64,000 nt of DNA from the NCBI RefSeq assembly GCF_009914755.1, contig NC_060932.1. The stretch is one strand, 5' to 3'. The position numbers were made by a program, and so were the translations under genes. The first letter of the stretch is position 1, and each line of letters starts with the position of its first letter. Of this stretch, positions 1 to 16,310 are shown piece by piece. The notes beneath the pieces were generated by a model. That model searched no databases. It saw only the letters and a list, made by a program, of their open reading frames with translations, and was not told the origin of the DNA. This stretch comes from the human T2T-CHM13v2.0 reference genome, Homo sapiens.

Positions 1-792
1 CAAGACCCAAGCCCTGGAAGCTTCCACATGGTGTTGAGCCTGTGGGTGCACAGGAGTCAAGAATTGAGTTTAGGAACCTCCACCTACATTTCAGAGGATG
101 TGTAGAAACATGTGGATGTCCAGTCAGAAGTTTGTTTCAGGGGCGGGGCCCTCATGGAGAACCTCTGCTAGGACAGTGCAGAAGAGAAATGTGAAGTTGA
201 AGACCCCACACAGAGTCCTCACTGGGGCCCTGCCTAGTGGAGCTGTGAGAAGAAGGCCACCATCCAACAACCCCAGAATGATAGATCCACTGATAGTTTG
301 CACCACGCACCTGGAAAACCCACAGGCACTCAACTCCAGTCCATGAAAGCAGCTGGGAGGGAGTCTGTACCTTGCAAAGCTGCAGGGCCAGAGCTGACTA
401 AGACCATGGGAGCCCACCTCTTGCATCAGTGTAACCTGGATGTACAACATGGAATCAAAGGAGATCATTTTGGAGCTTTAAGATTTGACTGCCCCACTGG
501 ATTTTGGACTTTCATGGGGCCTTTAGCCCCTTTGTTTTGCCCAATTTCTCCCATTTGGAATGGGCATATTTATCCAATGAATGTGCCCCCATTGTATCTA
601 GGAAGCAACTAACTTGCTTTTTATTTTACAGGCTTATAGGCTGAAAGGACTTGCCTCGTCTCAGATGAGACTTTGGACTGTGGACTTTTGAGTTAATGCT
701 GAAATGAGTTAAGACTTTGGGGGACTGTTGGGAAGGCAAGACTGCTTTTGAAATGTGAAGACTTGAGATTTGGGAGAGGCCAGGGGTGGAAA
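1..792 (+). mobile_element. MaLR (THE1/MST) internal sequence, 3' part; truncated by the window start
   Basis: Resembles the THE1/MST-int 3' end and ends in a purine-rich tract (GGGAGAGGCCAGGGGTGGAAA) directly before a THE1 LTR. Confidence 0.85.
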
Positions 793-1153
793 TGCTATGG
801 TTTGGCTGTGTCCCCACCCAAATCTCATCTTAAATTGTAGCTCTCATAAAAGTCATGTGTTGTGGGAGGGACCCAGTGGGAGAGAATCAAATCATCGGGG
901 CAGTTTCCCCCTACTGTTCTCATGGTAGTGAATAAGTCCAGTGAGATCTGATGGTTTTATAAGGGTTTTCCCATTTCACTTGGTCTAATTTTCTCTTGTC
1001 TGCCACCATGTTAAGACCTGCCTTTCACCTTCTACCATGATTATGAGGCTGCCCTAGCCAAGTGGAACTGTCAGTCTATTAAACCTCTTTTTCTCCATAA
1101 ATTACCCAGTCTCGTGTATGTCTTTATTAGCAGTGTGAAAACAGACTAATATA
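793..1153 (+). mobile_element. THE1 LTR (3' LTR of the element above; THE1B/C-like)
   Basis: Starts TGCTATGGTTTGGCTGTGTCCCCACCCAAATCTC, contains ATTAAACCTCTTT and ends GAAAACAGACTAATA. Confidence 0.9.
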
Positions 1154-1462
1154 TATTATTTTCTCAAAATTGTACCCCCGCCCCCAATGTAATAAGAGAT
1201 TCAGTAAATGATCAAAAATGGTGATTTTCAGGTAAAATATTTTGAAGAACAAGATATTCACATGAAATTCAAAGTGTCATCCTACAGATAACTTATTAAT
1301 TACAAGGGGAAAATGTCTCCTTATAATGAAAGGGATAACTCTACCAAGTGATCAGACTTAAAATCAATACTGGGAAAATCACAAAGAAACAAAACTCTGT
1401 CATTATATGCCTCTTGATGGGAGTGTGAGTAGATAATTTTCAAAAAGAGATCAAATTATGGC

Positions 1463-1839
1463 TGTCAGGCCTTTGAGCCCAAGCCTGCACCTATGCATCC
1501 AGATGGCCTGAAGCAAGTGAAAAATCACAAAAGAAGTGAAAATGGCCAGTTCCTGCCTTAACTGATGACATTACCTTGTGAAATTCCTTCTCCTGGCTCA
1601 TCCTGGCTCAAAAGCTCCCCCACTGAGCACCTTGTGACCCCCACCCCTGCCAGCCAGAGAACGACCCCCTTTGACTTGTAATTTTCCACTACCTACCCAA
1701 ATGCTATAAAACAGCCCCACCCCATCTCCCTTCGCTGACTCTCTTTTCGGACTCAGCCCGCCTGCACCCATGTGATTAAAAAGCTTTATTGCTCACACAA
1801 AGCCTGTTTGGTGGTCTCTTCACACAGACGCGTGTGAAA
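1463..1839 (+). mobile_element. Solo LTR7 (HERV-H LTR)
   Basis: TGTCAGGCCTTTGAGCCCAAGC...CTGATGACATTACCTTGTGAAATTCC...CTATAAAA...GGTGGTCTCTTCACACAGACGCGTGTGAAA. Flanked by a 5-bp near-TSD, ATGGC (1458-1462) and ATGAC (1840-1844). Confidence 0.92.
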
Positions 1840-2373
1840 ATGACTCTCATACAGATATAAAATAAACACATTACAAAGATTTTAGTTAACTCATTAACGC
1901 ATGAGAGAACCAGTTAGACGTCATAACTGGTTCAAAAGAGAATTCAAACAACAGACACATTTATAGATGATTATTGAAGTGAAAATGGTACAAAGGAGAG
2001 CAAAGCTGGTTTTTCCACTAGGGGAATAGAGAGGAGGAGAGAAGAGAGTCAGTTGAAACTCCATGGCACAGGATAGAATTTACAAGTCTATAGACAAGAA
2101 TTAAGTGGCACTGCCCTCAGTTATCTACAACTTACAGAGTTGTAACACAGCTTCCATAGAATCAGAGTCAGATAACCCAGAGGGAGTCCTCTAGATAACG
2201 AAAGTGTTTCACTGAAGCACAAAATTTAAATGAGATGTAATAAGACATACAAAATATCAATTATATAATGTTTTTGCCAAAAATGTTTAACCTGAACTTA
2301 GACAAAACTAGAATATAGCACATTCTGTAACTAGTCTGGACTCCCAAAAAATTGGATACCATGAAAAACTATA

Positions 2374-2703
<330 letters not shown>

Positions 2704-3854
2704 TAAAAAGGTAACAGGAATGTCCTCAATAATAATAAAATAAGAGGCATAATGACTAAATAATAATCCTTGGCTGGATCCTAGATTTAACCAAAGCTAT
2801 AAAAGATATTTGAGAGGTTATTCAGAAAAATTAATATATGGGTTACATAGTAGGTGATATTGTTGAATCAGTGCTAATATTCTTAGCTCTGATAATGGTT
2901 CTATGGCTACGAAGATAAACAGGAAAAATTATTATTCTTTGGTAATACATGCTGAAGTATTTAGGGTTGACATGTAATTATGTCTGCATACTTCAATTTT
3001 CTCAGGAAAACAATGATAAAATACATATACAGAAAGCAAATTGATCAAACAGGTTAATATTGGTGAATCTACATAAAAGATACACAGACGTTTATTAAAC
3101 CATTCTTTCAAATTTTTATTGATTTTAAATTTTTAACATAAAAACAGTTGAAAAGCTAAAAAAAGCTCTTCGAACAAAATAATGCTTACAAAAATCAGTT
3201 TAAAGAAGATAATATACATTAAATATGTCGCTATAAAAATACATTAACGGATGATAGTGAGATACAAAGAGAGAGTCAGATATGAGAGAAAGAGTCAGAT
3301 ATGAAAGAGAGAGACAGTGAGACTTAAAGAATGAGTTGTTAGCCATCAGATATTTGTCAACATCAAAGAATATCCTCTGTTTGGCCTTGATGTCAGGCTT
3401 CCCTTATCCCAGGGGGTCCAAACATTTTCTACCAAAAGATGTCTTTTTAATATGAAAAAAGTTGCCAATATTATGGTTGTTAATTTTTATTATCATTGAT
3501 AAAAAATACATAATGGCATATGTACTCATGAATTCAAGAAACACTTTAAAATGAATTTCTATGTCATTAAGCATAAGAACATTTACGTATATGTGTGCAT
3601 TGAGAATTCCAATGTGAATGAGGCACAGTGTTTGTTTGGTTTAGAGACTATGTAGAATGTAGGATTATTTGGGGCCCAACATTTTTTTTTACCACACTGT
3701 AGACACAAAAAAATGAGTTCTAAATGGAAAAACTTAGATGGTAATAAAGAAGAGCTCATTTGTATTCTATCACCAAACATTCTCTTAGAAAGAAAGATTA
3801 AATTTTGGTTCACCTGTCCTTAAGACAGATGAGAGTTACCAAGGCAAGAACCCA

Positions 3855-4010
3855 GGTGCTAGAGTCAGGATGACATGGCATAAACTTTGATTCCATTCTT
3901 TGCTAGATGGCTGACCCTGGAAAAATGGTTCGGCTTCACCATGTCTTAATTTTCTCATCTGAGATTAAATAGTGATAATAGAAATAGAATACCAACCTCT
4001 CTGGGATAAC
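3855..4010 (+). mobile_element. MIR fragment
   Basis: Degenerate MIR core (TGACCCTGGAAAA...TTTTCTCATCTG...ATAATAG...ACCAACCTC). Confidence 0.6.
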
Positions 4011-4339
4011 TGCTTTTCTTCATTCTTTTAAATGCATACGTGTATTTTTGCTTTACCATGTTCCCAAAAGTATTTGAGGCAATATGGTGGTAGCATGGAA
4101 ATTATAAAGGATTAATTTAAGGGGAATATATGTGTACATAATAGATATGCAACAATCTTAGTTTCTTCCTCCTCTTACTTTCTATTTTAAACTTTAGAAT
4201 TTGATAACTCTGTGATCTTGAGCATTTAATGCTATTTCACTGCCTTAGTATTACTATACCCATTACTAAGTAAAGTGTCTATTACTAAGATACTCATTAC
4301 TAAGTAAGGGATTAAAGTCACTAAAATCTTAAGATTTTG

Positions 4340-4505
4340 AAGTGAGAAGACCTGTTTCCATGAGCTTGAGCAAATCTTTGAATTTCATTGTGCCTCAAAT
4401 TCTCATGTGTAAAATTGAGAAAATATCTGCCTTGATCAAAATGATCAGATGAAATACTGTAGTTGTACAGGTCTTTGCAAATACTGAATATATAACATGT
4501 AAGTA
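4340..4505 (+). mobile_element. MIR fragment
   Basis: CTTGAGCAAATC...GTGCCTCAAATTCTCATGTGTAAAAT core. Confidence 0.6.
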
Positions 4506-5559
4506 ACAGTTACTCTACCAATAAAGCTAAGAAATGGGGGAGGGGGACAGGCAAAGTTGTGTGCACAAGTAATCTTTAGAATTATACTTCTAAAATTGTA
4601 CCATTTTAAAGTTGGAAAATATTAGCTGCTTGGTAAGTCATAAATATATCAACAGAATCCCCATAAAATACTCTTAATTTTTTATTTGCATTTTATACCA
4701 ACAAGACTTCAAAATGGATAAAAATGATAAAGTAGAGAATTTATCTTCTGAATTCCTATGGGAAAATATAGCATAACATTTTAAGATATTATTATGTTAT
4801 TATCATTTTATAATTTTCATTATATTTTCTATTTGAAAATTAAATACATGATGAATATAACTTATCCATCATGCTGTGAGTCTCTGTGTTATCAAAGAGA
4901 AAGATATACTTTGTAAAGGAAAGCAAGGAAAAAGGATCATTCTTGGTCTGTCCTCTCTGTGGGAGAAGATATTATCTTACAGGCTCCCTGGTGATCACGA
5001 TGGTTTAACTTATGCATATTACCTAGAAAATATCCATTATGGCTCCATCAGCTTGCATGTAATTTCATTCCATCACTGAAAAGTCAGTAGCCTATAGATA
5101 GTCAATGAGGGTGTAGGCGTTTGATTAAAGTGACTGCTGATCTTGCACCCTTAGAATATCAGAAGAACCGGAAATGATTCTTGCTAAATTCTATAGCTGC
5201 AATGACAATGTAAACTGCATGGGAAATTCTTAAAGATTTTGTATCTTAAGGCTATCTTACAGAGAAATCCTCAAGCTTTACAATTTCCACAAGGATGATT
5301 AGTTTCAGTCATAAAATACAGCACAATGATCTCATTGAAGGAAAGGAGGGAGTGTGCAACTCAAAGAGGCAAATTCTCTTCGGGGTCCAAATCACTTCTT
5401 GTGGTGTTTCAGGAAGTGACACTAACTTTCAGGCCCTCAGAAAAACATATTATTGCTGCCTTGCACTAAAGTATCCCAGAGAGGTATGAGTGATTTTATT
5501 CACTTTTCTGAAAGCTTAATTTACTGAAAAGAATTGACATATGGCTTACAGAGGAGTGG

Positions 5560-5790
5560 AACTTATATCTACTGAGCATATATGAGCATATTATGGTTCT
5601 GGCACTGTGCAATACACATTTATATATCTTCTTATTTAGTCCTCACTACCATCCAAAAATAGGTATTAATACCTTCAGTTTATAGATAAGACAATGGAGG
5701 ATGGAGAGATGACAGAATGTTTTTATGGTCACAAACACAAGTAGCAGAGCTACATTTGAACACAGATTTTTCTGCTACTAAAGCCCATTA
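5560..5790 (-). mobile_element. MIR
   Basis: ACTGAGCA...GGCACTGTGC...TTTAGTCCTCAC...TAGGTATTA...TTTATAGATAAG...GTCACA...AGTAGCAGAGC pattern. Confidence 0.7.
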
Positions 5791-6528
5791 TGGCTCAATT
5801 ACACAACACTGTCACTGACAGAGCCCAGAAAGAAAGTTCCCTCCTTTCACAGTGTTACATTTAACCCTCCTCTACTCCTACCCTCAAACACACCTACCAG
5901 TTGGATATAGGTGTTGACTACTATCTGCCCTACTGGAAATCTGGGCTTGACGAAGGTTCCATATTTTTCATCAGGCCTGTGCATTTCTTGAACACAACAG
6001 TGATCTCTAAATTATTCAGCTAGCTATCCATCTATTACCAAAGTACTATTGTGGAAAATAAATGTTCTAAAGACTATTTTTGTTCCTACTCTATGACAAA
6101 AAAAGAAGACAGAACTGAAATCCAGTTGACACGATCAAAGAAGGCAGCAATGTCAAGAAACCCTGAAGAATGAATAAGGCTGTAATATGTAAAGATGGCG
6201 TCAGAAGTAACACTCGCAGAATGGAGAAAAACAGGAAGAAAGAGGGAAACAAGTCAGGAACAAAAAAGTCAACGAAGACCTAAAGATGGCTCTGAAGTTT
6301 CAGACAAATTGGATAATCTGGTTATTAACTAAGATTAAGAAGAATGAGAAGTGGTTTGAAGGAGTTGACAAGCATAGCTTTGAACATACTGGTCATGTTG
6401 GTTCTGAGAGTCATTCTTCCAATTGCTGGGTCTAAATACTATGGAGCTAACCTTGATGCCTCTATTTTGCTCACACCACGCATGGCAATGCACTAGCCAA
6501 TCTTGTTGGCTCTGCCTTCAAAGTATAG

Positions 6529-7345
<817 letters not shown>

Positions 7346-7544
7346 ATTTAAAAATTAGGAAATCAAGGGAGAATTCAAGAATAAAGTTACTGATTTTGAA
7401 ACCTTTCATCATTGATGGGATAGTTAAACTGTATGACAGATCACCAAAGGAAGAAATGAAAAAAGAGGGAACATTGGGAAATGTTTGCCTTTATTTTGTA
7501 GGCAGTAACAAGAGATAGAAGATAAAAGTGAAGGAAGGTGCAAT

Positions 7545-7710
7545 ATATAGCATAAATACTACAGGATACATATATACACACACACATACACATATATATA
7601 TAAAACACATATATGAATATATACAGCCTGAAAATGTCCTATATAGTGTAATACACACACACACACACACATATATATAGTATGTAATATATGTGAATCT
7701 ATACACACAT
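7545..7710. repeat. (TA)n/(CA)n low-complexity microsatellite
   Basis: Direct inspection. Confidence 0.85.
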
Positions 7711-7829
7711 TAGTTCATTTATTCATTCATTCACTTGCATATTTATATGCCTCAGATGCAAAGGGCAGAGCTAAATAAATTGACCTCAGGTCCAACAGAT
7801 TTGTTAAGCTCTCTAAACTCTCTGTTTGG

Positions 7830-9620
7830 TCCAATAGTTTGTCTGTTGCTAACATTTTCTGTAAATAATCGTATCATTTTTAGATAATAATGGTTTTAGT
7901 TCTTCTCTTCCAATTTTTAAAGCCTTATTTGTTTTGCTTTTTTGAGTATTTATTATACAAGGCCTTCAATAATATGTTGAATAGTGGGAGTGGTAGCAAT
8001 CTTACCTTGCAAATAAATTTAAATAAATTTATCTACAATTTCTCCATTGTTGGCTGCAGGTTTTTGTTGTTGTTTATAACATTTATTATTTTACAAGTTT
8101 TTAGTTATTTAAAACTGTAAATATTGGATTTTGCCATTTTTTGGCATCTATTGAGAAAACAATTGCATTTTCTTTTTATTCAATATATTTTTGTAGCTCA
8201 TTACATTGATGGAAGTTTAAAATGTTGAACCCTTACTTGATCATGTTGGATTATTTAAAAATATACTTTTCCTTTTTCAATTAGCAAATGTCATATTTCA
8301 TATCTTCACATTTATATTATGAAGAAATAAGCAAACAATTTTCTTTTTCTTGTTTGGAAACCACATGACACTAGCTTTATAAAGTGAACTGGGCAGCTGT
8401 CACTTTTTTCCTGCCTCTGGAACAATTTGCCTAAGAGAGGCATGTATTGTACCAATGTTTGGAAGAACAATCTGGGATTGAGAATTATCGGGAGAAGAGG
8501 AGTTTGACTACTGCCATGAATCATTTATGGCTGAATTTTGCATTCATTTCTTCTTCCTTCTTGTACCAATTTTGGCATCTACACATTGCCAAAAATTTAT
8601 TCTTTGCACCTGCATTTTCATATTTATAAGCATATATTTATTGAAACTAATTTATATCATTTTAAAATCTATTGTTTCTGTATTTTTCCCTTTTATTCTA
8701 TATTTTATTTATTTGCATCTCATTTTTTCCTTGATCAGCATGGTCTACCATCTATCTTATCAATCTTCACAAAGAATCAGTTTTTAGTTTTATTACTGTA
8801 TTTGTTTTCTCCCTCTGGGTTTCTATCTCTCTTTTCCTTATATTTCCTTCTTCCTTTTTTTTAAATTTTGCTGTTTTCTTTTTTCTACCTGCTTGATTTG
8901 AATGTTTAGCTTGTTTGTTTTACATCTCATGTGTGCCCCAATAGATGCATTTGAAGCAAAACATTTTTCTCTGAATACTACTGTAGTTTTGCCCCACAGA
9001 CATCAACATGTAGTGTGCACTAACTCTCACTTTTAAGGATTTTATAAGATTCTTTGTAATTTCTTTTTTAGACAGAACAATTCTTCATTTAATATGTTAT
9101 TTACATTCCAAATCTAAGGAAATTTTAGCTAATTCTGTGGTACATTACTAAATTTATGGCACTATCTTTAGGAAATACAGTCTGTATAAAATTGGTCCTT
9201 TGAAGTTTAATACTGAGATTTCCTTTCTGGCCCAATATATAGTCTATTTTTAAAATATATTCTGTATTTTCTCAATAATAAAATATGTGCTCTGCTGGAC
9301 AAAAAGTTTATATAAATATAAACAAATATAGAAGATACAGATACAGATATATAGATAAATATGTGTCCATGCATAGAGATACATACAACTCAAATGTATT
9401 TGGATCTATGTTATCCCTGGTTTTATTCATGTTTCATTTCTTGATTTATCAGTTACTGAAAAGAGTGTTTTAATATCTCCTACTGCAGTTATTGACTTCT
9501 CTATTCTCTCTTCAATTCTGTCAGTTTGGGCTTTTTATATGACAGAGAATATATTTGTTATGATGGCTCTACCTTCTTGTTCGATTGTTCCTTTTACTAT
9601 AGTATAATTTCCTTCCTTTC
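7830..9620 (-). mobile_element. Highly degenerate old L1M ORF2 remnant
   Basis: T-rich strand with L1 ORF2 antisense motifs (ATGTTGAATAGTGGGAGTGG, GGCATCTATTGAG, AATGTTGAACC, TCTTCACAAAGAATCAG, AATATCTCCTACT). Confidence 0.65.
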
Positions 9621-9810
9621 CGCTGCTTCTTGAAGGAGTTGTTAAATCTGAATTCCAACTCATTAATTCATTCTTCAGCTATTTATTCCATGAATTATGC
9701 TTTATATCAAATTTATAATGTCATACCTAATATTTCCTTGAGTTATAACTTCGTATTATCCCTTACCTTTGTAGTTTGATGGGTCCCCACCAGGTTACTT
9801 AAGAGTGTAT

Positions 9811-10151
<341 letters not shown>

Positions 10152-10318
10152 CTAGCCGAGGAGCAGGTGTCCCTAAGAACCCAAATATTCCAGCTGCAAA
10201 CGTATCAACAAAAACAGTCTCATTGCACACATACGGTAGGCAAAATGCCAGAAAAAATAGCTTAAAATTAGCTTAAAAACAGCTAAGAGATGGGAGATGG
10301 GGTGTGTCTCTGGAGCTA

Positions 10319-10654
<336 letters not shown>

Positions 10655-10784
10655 TCATCAAGCTGGACTTGTTTAAATTGTTCTTTGGTCTCCTGCACCT
10701 TTCCAGTTTGGGAGTTGGGGGGGCATGTTACAGTTTTAAGTTTTTCTCATACCAACCTCTTTTTAGTTGTTTTGCTTATTTTAA

Positions 10785-11032
<248 letters not shown>

Positions 11033-13578
11033 TGAGCTCGTGTTTCCCTGGAGACATTAGTAAGCTTCTCTATCTTGTAAAGTGTAGTGGGGAGGATCCA
11101 AAAGCTAGGTCCTGGTCTACATTCCCCTATGTGAATTTAAGAAGGAGGAGGGGCCCAGAGTGAGCCCAGGTCCTGGGGAGTTGATCCCTCCTATTTGCTG
11201 CCATTCTAACACTCACCTGTTCTGGAAGGCACACGTAAACTCTTAGAAATAAGCAACGCTGGAATGAGGCAGTCTCCAAAATTGCAATCTTTCAGTCCTA
11301 GGAGTTTGGAGGGGAATGAGGTGAACCAGAAATTGTTCAAAGGTGGCTATTTTATTCCCATCTATTTTCATCCATTTTTTTGCCCCAGCAGGTCTTTGCT
11401 CTGCCGTAACATCAACCCCATGAAGTTCAGTGGCCTGGGATGTGGTGGACAATGTCTGAAAGAGGAGGGAGTAACTATTGCTCTGAGACAATGTGGCGAT
11501 AACAATGCAAAGGCTCTCCTTCAACCCTTACCCCCACCTTCAAGTCAGGACACCTCCATCCAGGCTGTTGTACTCAGAAAGCTTTCAGTGTCCCAGGAAT
11601 TTATATCAGGCGATTGTCTTTTGCTTGTTTGGTTCTCTAGTTCGTGCTTCTATATTGCTTCCACAGTTCCTCCAGTGCTGATTGGGAGGAAGAAGTCATG
11701 CTAACTTGCTACCCTGACCATGTCCAAACAATACTTAAGCTTTCATCTCTGTCGGAAAATGTTCTGTATTCAAGCATGTCATAGAACCCATAGCAGATTT
11801 AGAGAATTATATCTATGAATCATGCCTAGAGCATAGGGCTGTCTCTAAGAGCTGGTATTTAATGGTATACAGAACTGACCAACATTTATTTGGAGAAAAA
11901 CAACTATTACCCAGGACCTCTTCAGTCATGTCAGGCCAGCCACCATCATCACGCTGAGAAGAGTATTCTAAATTTTAAGTGTAGAGTTGAGTTTGCTTCA
12001 TTTTTGTAATTTTCCCCATTGGCACTTCTGCTACAGATTTGTTGGAGGTCAGAATATGATATTCTTCATCTGAATAATCTCCCAGCCTTGACTGTAGCTA
12101 TCACATTAAACACTATGCCTACTTTAAATGCACGTTTCTACAATTTCACCAGAAAACAGACACCTGGGACCGTTTGGGACCAGCATTATAAGTCTGGCAT
12201 CCTCCACCGTGCAGACTCTAGCTCCTCTAAAGCCATGTGGAATCCTATTTTATGTAAATGCAGAATTTCTATTACCTTCTCTCAGACAGGTGATTCAGAT
12301 ACCCTTTTTTCTTTGTTTTCATCATGTTCAATTAGAAAAAGAAAGAGACTGGCTTTTTGAGTAATCATTTCCATATTACTATTAATACTAGTGATATAAT
12401 GTTATAATATATATGATATATAATATAAAACTCATAATAAAAATATTTCTCATTAATGAATCTACGGTATATGGAAATTGAATTTCAGAAGCATCTAAAT
12501 TTCTGAAGAGTTATTTCAGGATGCCTTGTGCCTTCTAAATAGGACATTTGATAGCTCCACCCAAATATTAGTAGACTAGATAACTCTTCCTGTGGTAGCA
12601 AACTACTTGGCATGGAAAAACAGAGCTTAAGTATTTTTAAAAACTGGAAGAGGTGCTTAGATAATAAATCTCAACTCTTTAATCTCAATTCCAAATTACC
12701 ATAAAATTTCTAACTCTTACTGTTTGCCTACATTTTTCTAAGCTTTTATTCAAGAAAAGATGCTAGCCAGTTTCTCAAATTTTTTTTTCTAAATATATTG
12801 TATCTGAATAAAAGCATTATTTGTTAATGAGCATTACTTTTCAAACTCAGTAACAATTTTCTTTTCAAATAAAAGAAACATTATTTTATTTCCTAGTAGA
12901 TCCAGGTCTCTGCTGAAAACACTAATGGCCATGGGACCAATGAACTGCGCCTCAAGGGCACACTGGCACCTCAACATATGGCCTCAAGGCATCTGGGTTA
13001 ATAAGCCGTGTTTAAGGTTAATGCCTGTTCTTACATGGTCATCAATCTTCTTTAAAGAGCGCTGCCACAATAGGATTTGCCACACCTGTCAATCAGTTTT
13101 ACTCAAGACACCAACAAGGGGCAAGAACAAAAGCTAACACCAGAGGGAAAGTCAAGGTCAAACAAGCTTGACAGTTTGACGTACATGAAACAGAATTTAA
13201 CAGCAGCCTAACCTAAGTTGCAACTACTTTTTCAGGCTATTCCTGTGTGTATATCCAATTGAAATGTATTTCTTCATGCCTTATAGTAGATTTGAATGAA
13301 TTTTCTGTTACTGAAGTTTATTTTATGATATTACTCTCATGGAATATTTATAGTTACTATTATTAGGCAATTAGTGCATGTATTTTAATATATTCCAATA
13401 TTTCCACTCGCAACATAACATAATGACCAATTCCAATATCATTGCTAGGTAGATCTGCCCTCATCCCCGAATCAACCTTCTCCATTTTCGTTCAGTCAAC
13501 ATTTAGTGAGAGTTTACTATGTATGCAACACTATACCAGGCTCCAAGGACACAAGGCTGATTTTCTCCCTTAAAGAGC

Positions 13579-13753
13579 TTAAGTGAGTGGAACATGATAT
13601 ACAAAATAGTCTTCCATTTATGTCATTACTCTATTAAATGTATAGTATTCAGAATTAAGCTCACATTGTATGTAAAACATTGTGAAAAGCTTTGAAAGAA
13701 AGCAAAATCTTACTGGGTGTCTTCAGTGAAAAGCTAACCATAGTCTAACAAAG
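13579..13753 (+). repeat. Local dispersed duplication, copy 1 (copy 2 at 16053-16223)
   Basis: Shared blocks AAAATAGTCTTCCATTTATGTCATTA, AGAATTAAG, TGAAAAG and TCTTCAGTGAAAAG in the same order and spacing. Confidence 0.85.
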
Positions 13754-14241
13754 TATACTTTTCTAGGTTATTTGATGCTATGGAGTCTCTGAATCTTTCA
13801 TTGTCTTTGAGACATTTTACAACTCTACAATTTGTTTATAACTGATGGTTATGCAAATTGTTCTTGTCCATAGACAAAAAAAAATGTATTTTATTTAGGA
13901 GAAATACAACTGATTCTCCAACATAACCATTCCAAGCTTCTCAGCCTCACCCCTCACCCCACCACTCCCCCATTCCCAGCCATAAGTCAGCTTTGCATAT
14001 ATTTTAAATTCATTTCAGCACTATTTACTGCTCATATATGTGGTTCTTTGAATCTGCCTTTTGAACTCATTATATCTTATTAGCCCCCTCATTAATTGAT
14101 GAGTTCAATAAAATCTTTGACACGTTTATTTGTATGAGAGTCATGATTATATCTTAAAAAAAAAAAAACTTTTAACAACTATCACAATACTTTAAAGCAG
14201 GCAACAAACTTTCAAAACAGCCTCAACATTTATCAATATTA

Positions 14242-14568
<327 letters not shown>

Positions 14569-14576
14569 TCATCTAC

Positions 14577-14798
14577 CAGGGGCTTTCAATATTTTTGCCT
14601 CCTTGAGCCACATTAGAAGAATTGTCTTGGACCACACATAAAATACACTAACACTAACAATAGCTGATGAGCTAAAAAAAAAAATCATTAAAAAAAAATC
14701 TTATCATGTTTTCAGAAAGTTTTTAACTTTGTGTCAGGCCACATTCAAAGCCGTCCTGGGCTGCCTGTGGCCCGTGGGCCATGGGTTGGACAAGCTTG
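14577..14798. mobile_element. MER30 (hAT-Charlie non-autonomous DNA transposon)
   Basis: GAATTGTCTTGGACCACACATAAAATACACTAACACTAAC...GGCCACATTCAAAGCCGTCCTGGGC...GGGTTGGACAAGCTTG. Confidence 0.88.
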
Positions 14799-14959
14799 AG
14801 CCACACATGCAAATGCACATACACATGCACACACACGTCTTCAATCTCTCTACATGAATATATATTCACTGAGCACATCATACACTTTCCCGTGTCACTG
14901 TTGTTATTTATGTTAGTGTTGTATACCATACAAACTGTTTTCACTTTATAACTTAGGTG

Positions 14960-15270
14960 TTTTACTCATTTATCAAGACTTAATTCAAAAATCTTGTGTG
15001 AACATCTCCCTGATTAGGTCAAACTAAATTTTCTTTCCTCTATGCTCTCCAGCTCCTCGTCAATTCCACCGGTATAATACCCACCCTGTTGCATAATAAT
15101 GATTGCATGTGTGCCTGTCTCCCTTGTTAAACATAAACAGTAAGCTCCTGGAGGGCATGTCTCATTCATTTTTGCATCCACATAACTTGCTTAAAACCTG
15201 GCACATAGTCAATGTTCACCACATGTTTTACAGTGAATGAATAATGAAGTGTTTGAATTAATGAACAATT
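14960..15270. mobile_element. L2 3' fragment
   Basis: GTAAGCTCCTGGAGGGCA...CCTGGCACATAGT...TGAATGAAT terminus. Confidence 0.7.
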
Positions 15271-15616
15271 AAAATTCTCATCATTACTGTCACGTTCCTA
15301 ATCCACTGCATACTCATTTAGTTCAATTAATGCATTGTGATAGACAGTCAGCATGGGAAGTTGGACACCAATAACTACAAGAAAATACATTTATAAACAT
15401 CAGAATACAAATTGGAAGCCAATACCAAAGGAAAAAATAAAACCAACGTGAATATCAAAGAAAAGGAATAAATATAAAATTCCAAACTCCTAAATATGCT
15501 TTGGTCTCAAAGTTAATTTGTAAACTGGTTTATTAGAATTTCAGGCCTGCTGGCTCATAGTGACAGCATCATGCAATGAGTTTAGTTTCCCAGCCCAGCC
15601 TACCAAAGCCTCTTTA

Positions 15617-16043
<427 letters not shown>

Positions 16044-16052
16044 TTAGGATCA

Positions 16053-16223
16053 TTAAGTGAGCACAAAGTGATATATAAAATAGTCTTCCATTTATGTCAT
16101 TATTCTATTAAACATATAGTATTTAGAATTAAGTTTACATTGTAGGAAAAAATTATGAAAAGTTTTGAAATAAAGCAAAGCTTTCTGGGTATCTTCAGTG
16201 AAAAGTATTAAATCCTAACAAAT
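16053..16223 (+). repeat. Local dispersed duplication, copy 2 (copy 1 at 13579-13753)
   Basis: Same blocks as copy 1. Confidence 0.85.
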
Positions 16224-16310
16224 AGGATTTAAAGGAAATAATCTTATTGGTTGAAATATTGCTTTCCTATTATTTTAAATATGGATATTTGAGGGGGAAG
16301 GTGGCTTTAA

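Noticed and set aside
98-817. ORFs of 63-114 aa at the window start
   Set aside because: They lie in degenerate MaLR internal and LTR sequence; they are not host genes.
11243-12364. 146-aa and 113-aa ORFs in apparently unique or old-repeat DNA
   Set aside because: No recognisable domain, no convincing splice or start context, and lengths compatible with chance.
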